39,698 nucleotides of DNA from Octopus bimaculoides (lineage: Eukaryota), in NCBI RefSeq assembly GCF_001194135.2, contig NC_068984.1, positions 97,876,549 to 97,916,246 on the forward strand, given 5' to 3'. The position numbers and the translations under genes were made by a program. Shown here in pieces: positions 11,979 through 24,458 of this stretch. Each line of letters starts with the position of its first letter. The first letter of the stretch is position 1. A model generated the notes under the pieces. It was given only the letters and a program-made list of their open reading frames with translations, was not told the DNA's origin and did not search any database.

Positions 11979-13213
11979 CGGAATTGTAAGTTTGAACCTT
12001 GAAACATGCTGCTTACAAAAACTGCAAGATGTTCCAGGGTGTAGTAGTAAAAACAAGCTATACATGAAATTGTCAGTAAACTTTTGTTTATAAAGAGGTA
12101 TTAAACTAATCATTATAAAAAATAATTTTTATGAAATATTTTCAGAAAAAGCTTTTAGAATATGAAGTTTTAGTTAAGTATTTCATATTAAAGCATTTCC
12201 TAGTCATCAGAAATGTGAAATAAGTCACAATTTTGTATGTGTGTGACATCTGTTTATCTAAGAGTTGTCAACTATTAATTTTGAGAGTGTAATATAATGT
12301 CAGTTACATTCAAATTGTCTGATATTTGTTATTTTTTTAACTACACAATGTGAGATAAGAAGAAAAATGATTGAAGTGAAGAAAATAACGAAACTTACCA
12401 CTGTTTGGATAAATTGTGTTGTAAGAAGTAAGTAAATTTTAACCACTAGTTGTAACATATTTTTCTCCAAAAATTCTTTAAAATATCCCTCACCACACTT
12501 TTAACAATTTGAAAGCTCTGAAGTGGATTGATATATTAACTGTGGAATATTGGTAATGTTAACTTTGCTGTTAACATATTTCAGTGCGAATGTTTGTAAA
12601 AACCTATTTATATTATTGAAGAATTGAGAAATGAAAACCTTCATTTACTTGAAATGTAAGCGGAAGTGACACAATTTTCAAGATTATTTATTAGTATTAT
12701 GACAAGTAAAAATGTCTTGTTTGTTTGTTTCTTTCTTTTTTAATATTCTCTCATAAAAATCTGTGGACTCATTTACCTGTCATCCATATATCATATCTAT
12801 TCATTGTCTCTGTCAACACATCATCCACTCTGATATATAATTTTCAATTATTGACTTAATTGCTCCCCACAGTAGGAACCATTTTACTTATTTTATAATT
12901 AAAAAACAGGAATAACATCCCTTCTTTCAATTGTTTTTAGTTTCACTTACACTAAATTTGTAAAATTTGTGAAACTTTTTTACTTTTTATAAAGTAAAAT
13001 TGAGTCATAGTATTGACAATGGGATAAAAATGTCACAATGTTTGGAAAACAGTAGGTTGATTTATGGATATGCCCGAGAAAGTGAAAATTGGATAGTCTT
13101 GTTTTGATGAGATTTTAGTAACAATATTTTTAGGTGGTAATAGTTTTCTATGTGTCACCAATGAGAGGTTATGATCAAAGATATTCTGTCTATGGCCATT
13201 GTCTCTTTTACAT

Positions 13214-13614
13214 AGGTGCAGGAGTGGCTGTGTGGTAAGTAGCTTGCTTACCAACCACATGGTTCCGGGTTCAGTCGCACTGTGTAGCACCTTGGGCGAG
13301 TGTCTTCTACTATAGCCTCGAGCCGACCAAAGCCTTGTGAGTGGCTTTGGTAGACGGAAACTGAAGGAAGCCCGTCGTATATGTGTATATATATATATTT
13401 ATGTATGTATGTGTGTTTGTGTGTCTGTGTTTGTCCTCCCACCATCGCTTGACGACCGATGCTGGTGTGTTTACGTCCCCGTAACTTAGCGTTTTGGCAA
13501 AAAGAGACCGATAGAATAAGTACTAGGCTTACAAAGAATAAGTCCTGGGGGTTGATTTTCTCGACTAAAGGTAGTGCTCCAGCATGGCCGCAGTCAAACG
13601 ACTGAAACAAGTAA
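13214..13614 (+). mobile_element. SINE family A, near full length
   Basis: ggagtggctgtgtggtaag (A-box-like), gggttcagtc (B-box-like), internal microsatellite, tail gactgaaacaagtaa. Confidence 0.92.
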
Positions 13615-13930
13615 GCATTATGTACCATGAAAATAGATAGTCTACAGCTGAAGGAACTTGAAACCAAATCAGTGAATGATGCAGTTTGTAATATTTGATA
13701 GATTTTTCAATGGTGATGGTATTAGTTGTGTTTTGAATAACCAATGAAAGAGTAGAAATTATCTAATGTGCCCTCTTTCTTTTTTACAATAATAGGGCAT
13801 GGTTTGAAAGAAATGTGATGACTGTTTCTTGCAGTTTGATCAACAATGAAGACATGTTTTATACATCAATATAGACTTCAAACTTAAAAATGAAACAGAA
13901 AACCTCTCCTTTCATAATATCTTTTATACT

Positions 13931-14296
13931 CTTTTACTCTTTTATTTGTTTCAGTCATTTGACTGCGGCCATGCTGGAGCACCGCTTTTAGTCGAGCAAA
14001 TCGACCCCGGGACTTATTCTTTGTAAGCCTAGTACTTATTCTATCGGTCTCTTTTGCTGAACCGCTAAGTGATGGGGACATAAACACACCAGCATCGGCT
14101 GTCAAGCAATGCTAGGGGGACAAACACAGACACACAGACACACGCACATATACACACATATATATACATATATACGACGGGCTTCTTTCAGTTTCCGTCT
14201 ACCAAATCCACTCACAAGGCTTTGGTTGGCCCGAGGCTATAGTAGAAGACACTTGCCCAAGGTACCACGCAGTGGGACTGAACCCGGAACCATGTA
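13931..14296 (-). mobile_element. SINE family A, head slightly truncated
   Basis: Reverse complement of the 13214-13614 copy. Confidence 0.92.
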
Positions 14297-14544
14297 GTTA
14301 AGAAATATCTATCCTGTATACATCAGCTTCTTCTTAAAATCTAAAATGGCTCTCCACGAGCTTTCACACAGTTTCCATCAACCAAATTCTATTCACAAGG
14401 CTTAGGAGGAAGATAGTTATGACAGTGCATGACCATGCCTGCACATTGGTTACTGTATTACAATCAAAATATAATTATAATGTAAATAATTCCTCCAACC
14501 CACCCCATCTGAAAAAGAAGATTGTAAAAGAGTATTATTCTTTT

Positions 14545-14963
14545 ATTCCTTTTATTTATTTCAATCATTTGACTGCTGTCATGCTGGAGCACTACCTTGA
14601 AGGATTTTAGTTGAACAAATTGACTCCAGGACTTATTTTTTAAGCCTAGTACTTATTTTATCAGTCTCTTTTGTTGAACCACTAAATTATGGGGATGTAA
14701 ACACACCAACACCGCTTGTCAAACAGTGATGGGGAAACAAACACACACACACACATATCCTCAATGTATCATATATCCGAAAAAGTAGCACGCTCTAAAG
14801 CATAAAGCAGTAATGTATTTATACACAGTTATGTATATGTCTGGTCATAGAGTGACCAATGATTTTACATCCACAAAGGGCTTAACTATCTATGGGCTAA
14901 GCTCTTTATGGAAGCAAAACCACTGGTTACTCTATGACTGGACATATACTTAACTGCATATAA

Positions 14964-15022
<59 letters not shown>

Positions 15023-15186
15023 AAGGGCTTCTTTCAGTTTCCATCTACCAAGTCCACTCACAAGACTTTGGTCAGCCTGAGGCTATGGCAGAAGACACTT
15101 GCCTAAGGTACCATGCTGTGGGACTGAACCCAGAACCATGTGGTTGGGAAGTAAGCTTCTTGCCACACAGTTACGCCTGTGCCTAA
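14545..15186 (-). mobile_element. SINE family A, split at its internal microsatellite by a palindromic insert (about 14760-14965) and (TA)n
   Basis: Tail half at 14545-14755 and head half at 15020-15186 are colinear with intact copies. Confidence 0.8.
14815..14965. repeat. Decayed palindrome (about 70-bp arms, about 10-nt loop)
   Basis: gtatatgtctggtcatagagtgaccaatgatttt pairs with aaaaccactggttactctatgactggacatatac; the inner atccacaaagggcttaac pairs with gctaagctctttatggaag. Confidence 0.8.
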
Positions 15187-15902
15187 GTATTACAGAAGAA
15201 TAAGTTATATCCTTAAAATGGATCTGAACTCACAAAACTGATTTAATGCAGCAAATAGTCTAGCTATACCAGTTGTTCAATATTGCTCCATCATAATTAA
15301 CTGGACTCTCTAGAACACCAAAAGGATTATGTGAAAACCAGAAAAATCCTCACATTGCACAAAGGTAGCTTAAGTCTAATTTTACTTGAAATGTCTTTTA
15401 AAACAACTGCCATCAGTTTTTGAAGTATTGATACTACAACTGACTGGATGATGGCCTTGATTTATAACCATGAAAATAAAAAATCTAAGTACTCTGTTAC
15501 AAAAGAAGCCCCAAAAAACTATAAAATGTGTTCAATTCAGAAAATATGGAGCTTGAGACAAAAGATACTTCATCAACTCAAGCTACAAAAATAATCAAAT
15601 GAAAGGCAAAAGAGAAGGGATTAGAATAAGTAAAACAATACCTGCCAAATTGTAAGTTCTTACACAGCCAAAACGTAACATGCACTGTTGAAGCTGATGT
15701 TGACAAATTTCTCTACCATTAGTGGTTGCAAAATGCCAGGTTAAAAGCAGAAACTGAAGGTTTATCATTGCAACTCATGGTCAATATTCATAACCCCACA
15801 GTTACTGGGCAAAGATTCTTAGGAATGGAACAGATTCAAAGCATAGGCTATGTAACAACCAGGTAAAAACAAGTGACTACTTTGTCTCGGGATGTTCTTT
15901 AA

Positions 15903-16134
15903 CTCTCTAGCATTTAAACCATCCATATCCAGCTGAAATATTCTACCTGTTTTATGTTCAAACTGGCCAGATCTGGTTTCTCATGCCAACAGTATCGTTC
16001 TAAAAATTAACAGTTACCTCATCAAAATTAACAGTTACCTCATCAAAATTAACAGTTACCTCATGCATGATTAATTCAAAATGATGTGAATAAATAAGCA
16101 TTCATTTTGACAGAATAATGTGGATGCTAAAGGG
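15903..16134. mobile_element. TTAA-flanked MITE (piggyBac-like non-autonomous element) inserted in the R4/Dong remnant
   Basis: TTAA at 15899-15902 and 16135-16138; ends ctctctagcatt and atgctaaaggg form imperfect TIRs; the LINE sequence resumes after it. Confidence 0.75.
16003..16064. repeat. 3 x 21-bp tandem repeat (aaaattaacagttacctcatc)
   Basis: Directly visible; the third unit lacks the last base. Confidence 0.95.
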
Positions 16135-16812
16135 TTAATGGCTGCCAAATAGTATAAAACAAATATGATCAAAAAGGGCAACATATTTATTGGAAAATCT
16201 GCAAGAACAATGTGAAAGAAATGATTAAAAACTGGTATGAACAGCTTCCCAAACTAGTAGCTGAGATTGGTCCCATCACTCATCTTATACCAATAGAACT
16301 ATCTTGGAAAATCACTCTGATATAACAGTAAAAAAATCATATTGATAAAACTTGTTTCCTAACTGATATGGCTGTTCCCACAGACAATAATATTACAGTT
16401 AAAGAACTCAACGATCTAGGTATAGAGATCAGCAAAATGTGGAAAATGAAAACGGCTACAACATTTGTTAACATAGAAGCACTCAGAAGAAAGGAAGAGA
16501 AAAATTCTGTAGACTTGATACAAAGAAAAACCATTCATAAAAGAAATACAGAAAATAATGCTAATGGACATTGCACACATTTTATGAAGAGCACTATCAT
16601 GCTAAATTTCATAATTTTTTAGCAACTTTAGTGAACACTTATATGTAGATATGCATTTTAAAAATTTATCCAGTCCTAGCAATTCTAATCATGATATAAT
16701 CATCCAATATTCTAAGAACATTATATCAGTTATCTATTTCAGATGCTAAGGTGGCACCTTGTAGATAAAGTGTAAATACAGCAGATATCTAGGAAAATTG
16801 TTCATTATAACA

Positions 16813-17446
16813 GTAATAATAATAATCCTTTTTATAGAAGGCACAAGGCCTGAAATTTTTGACAATCATGTCAGCTCCAGTGTTTCACTGGTACTCAGTT
16901 TATCGGCCCTGAAAGGATGAAAGGCAACGTTGACCTTGGCAGAATTTGAACTCAGAATGTAAAGACAGATTTTACTTGGTGTGCTAATGATTCTCAACAG
17001 CTTGCCGCCTTTGATCTCAAATTTTGGCACAAGGCCAACAATTTCAGGGGAGGGGATAAGTCAATAACATCAACCTCAGTCCTCAACTGATACTTATTTT
17101 ATCAAACCCAAAGGGTTGAAACAAAGTTAACTTTGCCAGAACTTGAACTCAGAGCGTAAAGACAGATAAAATGCCACTGAGCATTTTGCTCAGTATGCTA
17201 ATGATTCTGCCATCTCACTACCTTAATAATGATAGTAATAATGATAATCATCCTTTTTACTAAAGAAACAAGGCCTGGAATTTTGGGAAGGGGACTGGTC
17301 GATTACATAGACCCCAGTGTTTGACTGGTACTTAATTTGTCAACCCTGAAAGGATGAAAGGCAAAGTGACCTCAGAACATAGCAACAGGTGAAAAACTGC
17401 AAAGCATTTTATCCAGCATGCTAATGATTCTACCAGCTTGCTGCCT

Positions 17447-17478
<32 letters not shown>

Positions 17479-17690
17479 TGTTTCAAATTTTGGCACAAGG
17501 CCAGCAATTTTGCAGGAGGGGTTAAGTTGATTACATCGACTCCAGTATACAACTGGTATTTATTTTATCAACTCTGAAAGGATTAAAGGTAAAGTTGACC
17601 TCAGCAGAATTTGAACTCAGAATATAATGACAGGCAAAATACCGCTAAACATTTTGCCCAGCGTGCTAATGATTCTGCCAGCCCACCGTC
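16813..17690 (-). mobile_element. Four head-to-tail SINE family B copies with (ATT)n tails
   Basis: Recurrent ggcacaaggcc and aaaggatgaaagg blocks; gaatttgaactcag (B-box gagttcaaattc on the - strand) in most units; units start near 16813, 17011, 17223 and 17450. Confidence 0.88.
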
Positions 17691-17830
17691 TTCAATAAAA
17701 ATAATAATAATGATTATAATTGAGTTTGACAAGGTACACAGTTCAATATTTTTGTGAAGGAGAAATGGAGTGTATGAAACATTTACTTTCTCTTCCCCTG
17801 GTCTCATAAAGTGAATCCATGATTAACTAT

Positions 17831-18174
17831 TGTGGCACTCTGTCGGTTACGACAACAAGGGTTCCATTTGATCTAATCAATGGAAAAGCCTGCTCATGAA
17901 ATATATGTGCAAGCGGCTGAGCACTCCACAGACACACGTACCCTTATCATAGTTCTCGGGGAGATTCAGCATGACACAGTGTGTGACAAGGCTGGCCCTT
18001 TGAAATACAGGTACAACAGAAACAGGAAGAAAGAGTGAAAGAAAGTTGTGGTGAAAGAGTACAGCAGGGTTCACCACCACCTCTGCTGGAGCCTTGTGGA
18101 GCTTTAGGTGTTTTTGCTCAATAAACACTCACAACGCTTGGTCTGAGAATCCAAACAGCAGTCCTACGACTACG
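17831..18174 (-). mobile_element. Third SINE-like family (C)
   Basis: GC-richer block with a degenerate tRNA-like head at the right end; resembles a recalled Octopus repeat; single copy in this window. Confidence 0.55.
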
Positions 18175-20164
18175 ATTAACAATATTTCAGCTGTGTTTAC
18201 CCCATATTTTATTTTTAGTGCAGCTTATCAAAAACTACATAATCCCACTGTCTTTTTTAGTAGGATATGATTTGGCTGCTATCTCTTAGCAGGTCGAGTG
18301 ACTGCCAAATATTTCCCTTGACTCCTTTACATGAGAATGAGAGCATAGCACAAAATGAACTGTAATTATTACATATACTTTTCAACTAAAAGATAAATAC
18401 AATGTCCATATGTAAACTGAACTGAACTCAACTTACTGAGGCTATACCCAATACCTCTACTGCAGTGTGCTTTGTGTGCTTTGAAATTTGTCAAGTATAA
18501 AGTTCCTCACCTAGGTCAATAATTTTCAGATAAACATATGGAAGTTAAGACTGTTTATTTAAGCAATAGTGTAGTTATAGTTCCATTACCAGTTAATAAC
18601 TAATATTTTTTAATATGTTGTGTGAGACAAAAGCCAAAAAGCAAAAAAAAAAAAGAAACACAAATGGGAAAAGATAGACATGCATCATAGTTCCAGAAAG
18701 GGAGACACAACATGATTACTTGACCTGGTAGAAATAGCAGTCAAATCTCATACTACTATCTGAAATAAAGGATAGATTGGACTACGTAGTTGATGATATA
18801 GAAAAAGACTAGGCTGGAATGGCTTTAGGACTTAATGGCATCACCATCTACACTGATATTCCTACATAGAGACCTCTCATTCACAAATCTGCTCAGTCAG
18901 AGCTACCTCAACATTAAATATCATTAGTCATCACCCTAACTAGTGATAGCCATTATCAAATGTTTCTCAAGTGTTGTAACCCTGTTTAAGACTTCAGGCT
19001 AACAACCATTGAAGAAACTAACTGAGAAATTCTTGAAATACTGTTGGATTTTAAAGAAGTGAGTCAAGAAACAAGCAATTCACCCCACCTGTTACCTAGT
19101 TGTTTTCTAGTCACTGACCTTCTGAAGATTAACAACACCAATCTCACCTGTATGAAAGACAGCCCTTCATATGTCATGGATACTGATTTTTATTGAAAAT
19201 ATTCTATATAGAAAAAATGGTTATTGAAGGACAAAGCACGTGCTCCTATTGCATCTACATTTAGTGTTTAGATGTTACATTTGTATGTATAGCTTGTCAA
19301 ACAATTGTAGCTGAATAATAAATCATCTAAATATATATTGATTTCTGCTTATGTCAAGAAGACTTTACAAAATATTGTATTAAAAAAAAACAAGAACAAA
19401 TTCGGTTTTAGTGAACTAGTATTAATAACATGTGTGGTGGGGAGGTGATGGTGTATGCATATACAGTGGTGTGTGGGTGGGTGTTTTTTGGTGTTTGTAT
19501 GTGAAATGCATGTAAGAATGTGTGCTGTATGAAAGACATCCAAATGTTTAAGAAGTTAGGAAGATTTCTTTACATTACCGAAGTCTCATTGCATGTGAAG
19601 CAAATTATCTCTTGTATTCTTTGCCAGGTATTGAGACCTTAGTCTACATTTTTCTGTAAATTCCTTTCATTTGTTCTTGACATCTGCACTAAGAAATTTA
19701 TAATAGTCAAAACTGTCATACTAAAACAAGTCTTATTGTTTTCCTGAGCATCTTCAGTTTAAATTCAGTTCAACTCAGATAGATGTATTAACCTTGTTTT
19801 GTTTTGTTTTTTTTTCTCTCCAACCTACTTCTAATTTTTCATGTGTATAAATACAAAACATTAAATAGAATTCTTCCTCTTTCACTTGGTACCTTGGTTG
19901 AAGGAGTACCTCTCTCTTTCACCTGGTGATTTGCTGAAGAAACACCTTCCTCTCTTTCGTTCAGGTCCTTTGCCAAAGAAACATCTCTCTCTCTCTCCTC
20001 ATGGTATGCCAATAAGAGACCATATTACTTTCACTGTCTCTACTCATCAACCCAGTGAGGTAAATTCTCATACTCTTTCTTTCTCCATCTTCATTCCATC
20101 TCCTGACAGTCACCAACAGATCAACACAACTACCTATGAAACAGTCAACAGAAATTCTTTCTTA

Positions 20165-20494
20165 TATTTTTTACTTGTTTCAGTAATTATTTTTTAAGCT
20201 TGGTATCTATCGGTCACTTTTACTGAAGTGCTAAGTTACAGGAACACAAACACACTATCACAAGTTGTCAAGCAGTGACAGGGGACAAACATAAAGGCAC
20301 ATACATAGATATAGAGATACACATATACAATAGGTATCTTTCAGTTTCCATCTACCAAATCCAATCACAAGGCTTTGGCTGGCCTGAGGCTATAGTAGAA
20401 GACACTTGCCCAAGGTGTTGCCCAGTGGGATTGAACCCAGAATCATGTATTTGGGAAGCGATCTTCTGACAACACAACCACACCTGTACCTATA
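20165..20494 (-). mobile_element. SINE family A, diverged and internally deleted
   Basis: ttacttgtttcagt tail and tttcagtttccatctaccaaatcc...caaccacacctgtacc head. Confidence 0.85.
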
Positions 20495-21093
20495 GTCACG
20501 TCTGTGCCTATAATCATGCCTGTGCCCACTAATGTTATTGTATGAATGACAACTTGAAGCAGATGTTTTTAAACTATAACAGTAAAATAAAGGGCATTTC
20601 AGCTATTATTTTCTTCTGTCATTTATTCAAAGCACTTTGAAAATAACCAAAACTTCCATTACATTCTTGGTGACCTGATATCTATCATACATCCTATCGA
20701 TCGTGACACTCAGCTTAAGAACTGCAGCTTTCTCATCTTACAACCTATTGCATTTGATGATTCTGAACATTAGATAAACCCAGCTGCTCATTAATTTTAC
20801 TTACAATGCAGTTTTTTGGAACCAGTATTGCTCTCTTTCAGACAGCCAATTGAGATTGTGATAAGTTTTTGACCATGGGATGTAAGAGACACAATCCATT
20901 TCTGAAAGTTACTCTGCAAAGAGTTACCTCCCTTGTTCGCATAATCCAGGAAAGGGTTATGTTAAAAAAATTTAAGGGTCTCAAACTATCGCTGGAACAT
21001 AAATAATGTATGCTCCCTGTTTCGAGAAAATTAGTTGTGGGCTTCAGAAGTTACGTGGGTTTCCACCCACACACACACACAACCTCACTCTTA

Positions 21094-21147
21094 TGTATGT
21101 ATGTATGTATGTATGTATGTATGTATGTATGTATGTGTGTGTATATA
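21094..21147. repeat. (TATG)n microsatellite at a gap edge
   Basis: Directly visible. Confidence 0.95.
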
Positions 21148-21725
21148 NNNNNNNNNNNNNNNNNNNNNNNNNNNNNNNNNNNNNNNNNNNNNNNNNNNNN
21201 NNNNNNNNNNNNNNNNNNNNNNNNNNNNNNNNNNNNNNNNNNNNNNNNNNNNNNNNNNNNNNNNNNNNNNNNNNNNNNNNNNNNNNNNNNNNNNNNNNNN
21301 NNNNNNNNNNNNNNNNNNNNNNNNNNNNNNNNNNNNNNNNNNNNNNNNNNNNNNNNNNNNNNNNNNNNNNNNNNNNNNNNNNNNNNNNNNNNNNNNNNNN
21401 NNNNNNNNNNNNNNNNNNNNNNNNNNNNNNNNNNNNNNNNNNNNNNNNNNNNNNNNNNNNNNNNNNNNNNNNNNNNNNNNNNNNNNNNNNNNNNNNNNNN
21501 NNNNNNNNNNNNNNNNNNNNNNNNNNNNNNNNNNNNNNNNNNNNNNNNNNNNNNNNNNNNNNNNNNNNNNNNNNNNNNNNNNNNNNNNNNNNNNNNNNNN
21601 NNNNNNNNNNNNNNNNNNNNNNNNNNNNNNNNNNNNNNNNNNNNNNNNNNNNNNNNNNNNNNNNNNNNNNNNNNNNNNNNNNNNNNNNNNNNNNNNNNNN
21701 NNNNNNNNNNNNNNNNNNNNNNNNN
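21148..21725. other. Assembly gap
   Basis: N run. Confidence 1.
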
Positions 21726-21769
21726 ATATATGTGTGTGTGTGTGTGTGTAATTTAAAAAATAGGATAAA

Positions 21770-24040
21770 ATCTTTATAAGAATTTATCAAGTAGTCAGCG
21801 TGAAAAACCTCATTGAAAATACTGCAGCATGGGAAGATTTTCGAGACCAGGTTCTTCAATGTGCAGCTGAAACACTAGGATATGCTACTGCCAGACACAG
21901 AGACTGGTTTGATGAAAATGATGCTGAAGTTCTGCGACTATTGGTGGTAAAGCGCTACGCCCACAATGTATTGCTACACAGAGAACTGTCTCCTGTGCAG
22001 CAAAGTCTAGCACTTACTCACTATAGCAGTGTAAAATCACTACTGTAGCGATCTCTCAGGAAGATGACGAACACTTGGTGGGAGGATTTTGCTCGTGATG
22101 TTCAGGCTGCTGCTGATGCAAATGACAGCAAGCTTTACCATCTTATGAAGTGAGCTTATGGACCTAAGAGCTCCACATCAGCTCCTTTGCTTTCCAAGGA
22201 GTCTTCCACTCTGTTTACTAAATCAACAGAAATCACAGGTTGCTGGATCGAACACTTCTCTGAACTCCTAAACCATAAGTCAGTTGTGGATGAAACAGTG
22301 ATTGATACTATGCAACAAAGACCTATTATTGGCTCCTTAGACTCCTTGCCCTCAATAGATGAAGTAATGACATCAATAAGTAAATTGAATCTTGGTAGGG
22401 CACCTGGAAAGGATGGAATTTGTGCTGAGGTCTTGCGATTTGGTGGTAATTACATCACNNNNNNNNNNNNNNNNNNNNNNNNNNNNNNNNNNNNNNNNNN
22501 NNNNNNNNNNNNNNNNNNNNNNNNNNNNNNNNNNNNNNNNNNNNNNNNNNNNNNNNNNNNNNNNNNNNNNNNNNNNNNNNNNNNNNNNNNNNNNNNNNNN
22601 NNNNNNNNNNNNNNNNNNNNNNNNNNNNNNNNNNNNNNNNNNNNNNNNNNNNNNNNNNNNNNNNNNNNNNNNNNNNNNNNNNNNNNNNNNNNNNNNNNNN
22701 NNNNNNNNNNNNNNNNNNNNNNNNNNNNNNNNNNNNNNNNNNNNNNNNNNNNNNNNNNNNNNNNNNNNNNNNNNNNNNNNNNNNNNNNNNNNNNNNNNNN
22801 NNNNNNNNNNNNNNNNNNNNNNNNNNNNNNNNNNNNNNNNNNNNNNNNNNNNNNNNNNNNNNNNNNNNNNNNNNNNNNNNNNNNNNNNNNNNNNNNNNNN
22901 NNNNNNNNNNNNNNNNNNNNNNNNNNNNNNNNNNNNNNNNNNNNNNNNNNNNNNNNNNNNNNNNNNNNNNNNNNNNNNNNNNNNNNNNNNNNNNNNNNNN
23001 NNNNNNNNNNNNNNNNNNNNNNNNNNNNNNNNNNNNNNNNNNNNNNNNNNNNNNNNNNNNNNNNNNNNNNNNNNNNNNNNNNNNNNNNNNNNNNNNNNNN
23101 NNNNNNNNNNNNNNNNNNNNNNNNNNNNNNNNNNNNNNNNNNNNNNNNNNNNNNNNNNNNNNNNNNNNNNNNNNNNNNNNNNNNNNNNNNNNNNNNNNNN
23201 NNNNNNNNNNNNNNNNNNNNNNNNNNNNNNNNNNNNNNNNNNNNNNNNNNNNNNNNNNNNNNNNNNNNNNNNNNNNNNNNNNNNNNNNNNNNNNNNNNNN
23301 NNNNNNNNNNNNNNNNNNNNNNNNNNNNNNNNNNNNNNNNNNNNNNNNNNNNNNNNNNNNNNNNNNNNNNNNNNNNNNNNNNNNNNNNNNNNNNNNNNNN
23401 NNNNNNNNNNNNNNNNNNNNNNNNNNNNNNNNNNNNNNNNNNNNNNNNAACGTTAGCCTGGACAAGACTGTTGTAATGTTCCAGCCTGCACCAGGAAATC
23501 CATATGTGAAACCAGCTATCTTGGTTGAAGGAACAATTCTGAAGGTAGCAGACAAGTTTTTCTACCTGGGCAGCACACAAGCACCGGTTACGTTGGACTG
23601 GACACCTTATTAGAATGAAGGATAGCAGGATTCCTAAGCATATGCTATATGGAGAACTTGTGAATGGAAGGAGACTCCGGCAGAAATCAAGGTTGTGATT
23701 TAAGGACTGTGTCAAGTCCTCATTAAAGGCCTGTGATATGCAGAACACTGACTAGGAGAACAATGCCTGTCATCGCCACAGGTGGAGGAGCAAGGTTAAG
23801 GAGGAGATCGACACTTTTGAGAGAGCACATATCTAGCATGAAGAACTTAAACGAGCTGCTCAAAAGTGCATGGCTCTTATAGTGAATGGGGATAGCTTGG
23901 TCTGCAATGTTTGCAGTTGTGTATGCTTGTCAAGAGCAGGGCTTATTAGCCACCAACAGGGCTGCAAATGCAAAATATAAGTTAGTCCTAGAGCACACAA
24001 TGGTCTTCCTCGGTTACAAGTGGACGGCCATCATCATCAT
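21770..24040 (+). mobile_element. RTE/BovB-like LINE, decayed; RT core falls inside the gap
   Basis: RHRDWFDENDAEV..WWEDFARDVQAAAD..AYGP..WIEHFSELLN..GRAPGKDGICAEVLRFGG; after the gap KTVVMFQPAPG..KFFYLGS, a GHLIRM-like motif, a C-terminal CNVC..SH zinc finger and an (ATC)n tail. Confidence 0.88.
22459..23448. other. Assembly gap
   Basis: N run. Confidence 1.
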
Positions 24041-24129
24041 ATATATATCATCATTCGTTTCATTTAATGCTTTCATATATATATGTGTGTGTATATAGCA
24101 TATATGCACACATTCGCACACACACATAT

Positions 24130-24429
24130 ACTTCATAGTCTCTGTTGCAGCTGTCCATGTCACATCTTTCAACATCCTTTACAATGTTTACCAAGCATTG
24201 AGCATTGAGTCACGATGTCAGCATTTTGATACCTGGTGTGAATCATCATGATACAGTTAACTCTTTTCCAATATTCAGATTACTTCCAGTCCTCCATGTC
24301 AGCTAACTATTTCTCAGCTACAACCTTAATTTTTGAGCTCTTCAATGCCGTTGACTGTTCACCAATACATCAAACTATTCCTGAAAAAAAGAAGGCATAA
24401 AAATTGTCAAATCTAGTCTGAACATTTTG
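24130..24429 (-). mobile_element. 5' part of DD37D subfamily 2 transposon
   Basis: Reverse-complement similarity to 8574-8850, including the TIR tgtcaaatctagtctgaacattttg followed by TA. Confidence 0.8.
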
Positions 24430-24458
24430 TATGCATATACATACATACATACATACAT

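Larger units (their letters stand above)
15560..16560 (+). mobile_element. R4/Dong-like non-LTR retrotransposon 3' remnant (Zn-finger and restriction-like endonuclease region)
   Basis: Broken frames give ADVDK..WLQNARLKAETEG, RLCNNQVKTSDYFVSGCS and TCFLTDMAVPTDNNITVKE..DLGIEISKMWKMK, matching the recalled R4/Dong C-terminal pattern. Confidence 0.75.

Noticed and set aside
12345-12660. Possible + strand exons (donor aa/gtaagt near 12430; tttcag acceptor at 12584 to gtaag donor at 12656)
   Set aside because: All three frames of the 71-nt candidate contain stops, there is no recognisable protein, and such motifs are expected by chance in AT-rich DNA
13214-13290. tRNA genes at SINE heads
   Set aside because: A/B boxes only; no complete cloverleaf, and each continues into a SINE body
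16003-16064. CRISPR-like array
   Set aside because: Contiguous repeats without spacers, in a eukaryotic MITE
7735-18900. Recurrent short motif ttgg.tg.tatttctagca.gtc (near 7880, 18275 and 18725 on the - strand)
   Set aside because: Probably fragments of another dispersed repeat; boundaries could not be defined
20905-20935. ctgaaag plus actct-gcaa-agagt hairpin as a hammerhead
   Set aside because: No GAAA or NUH after the stem
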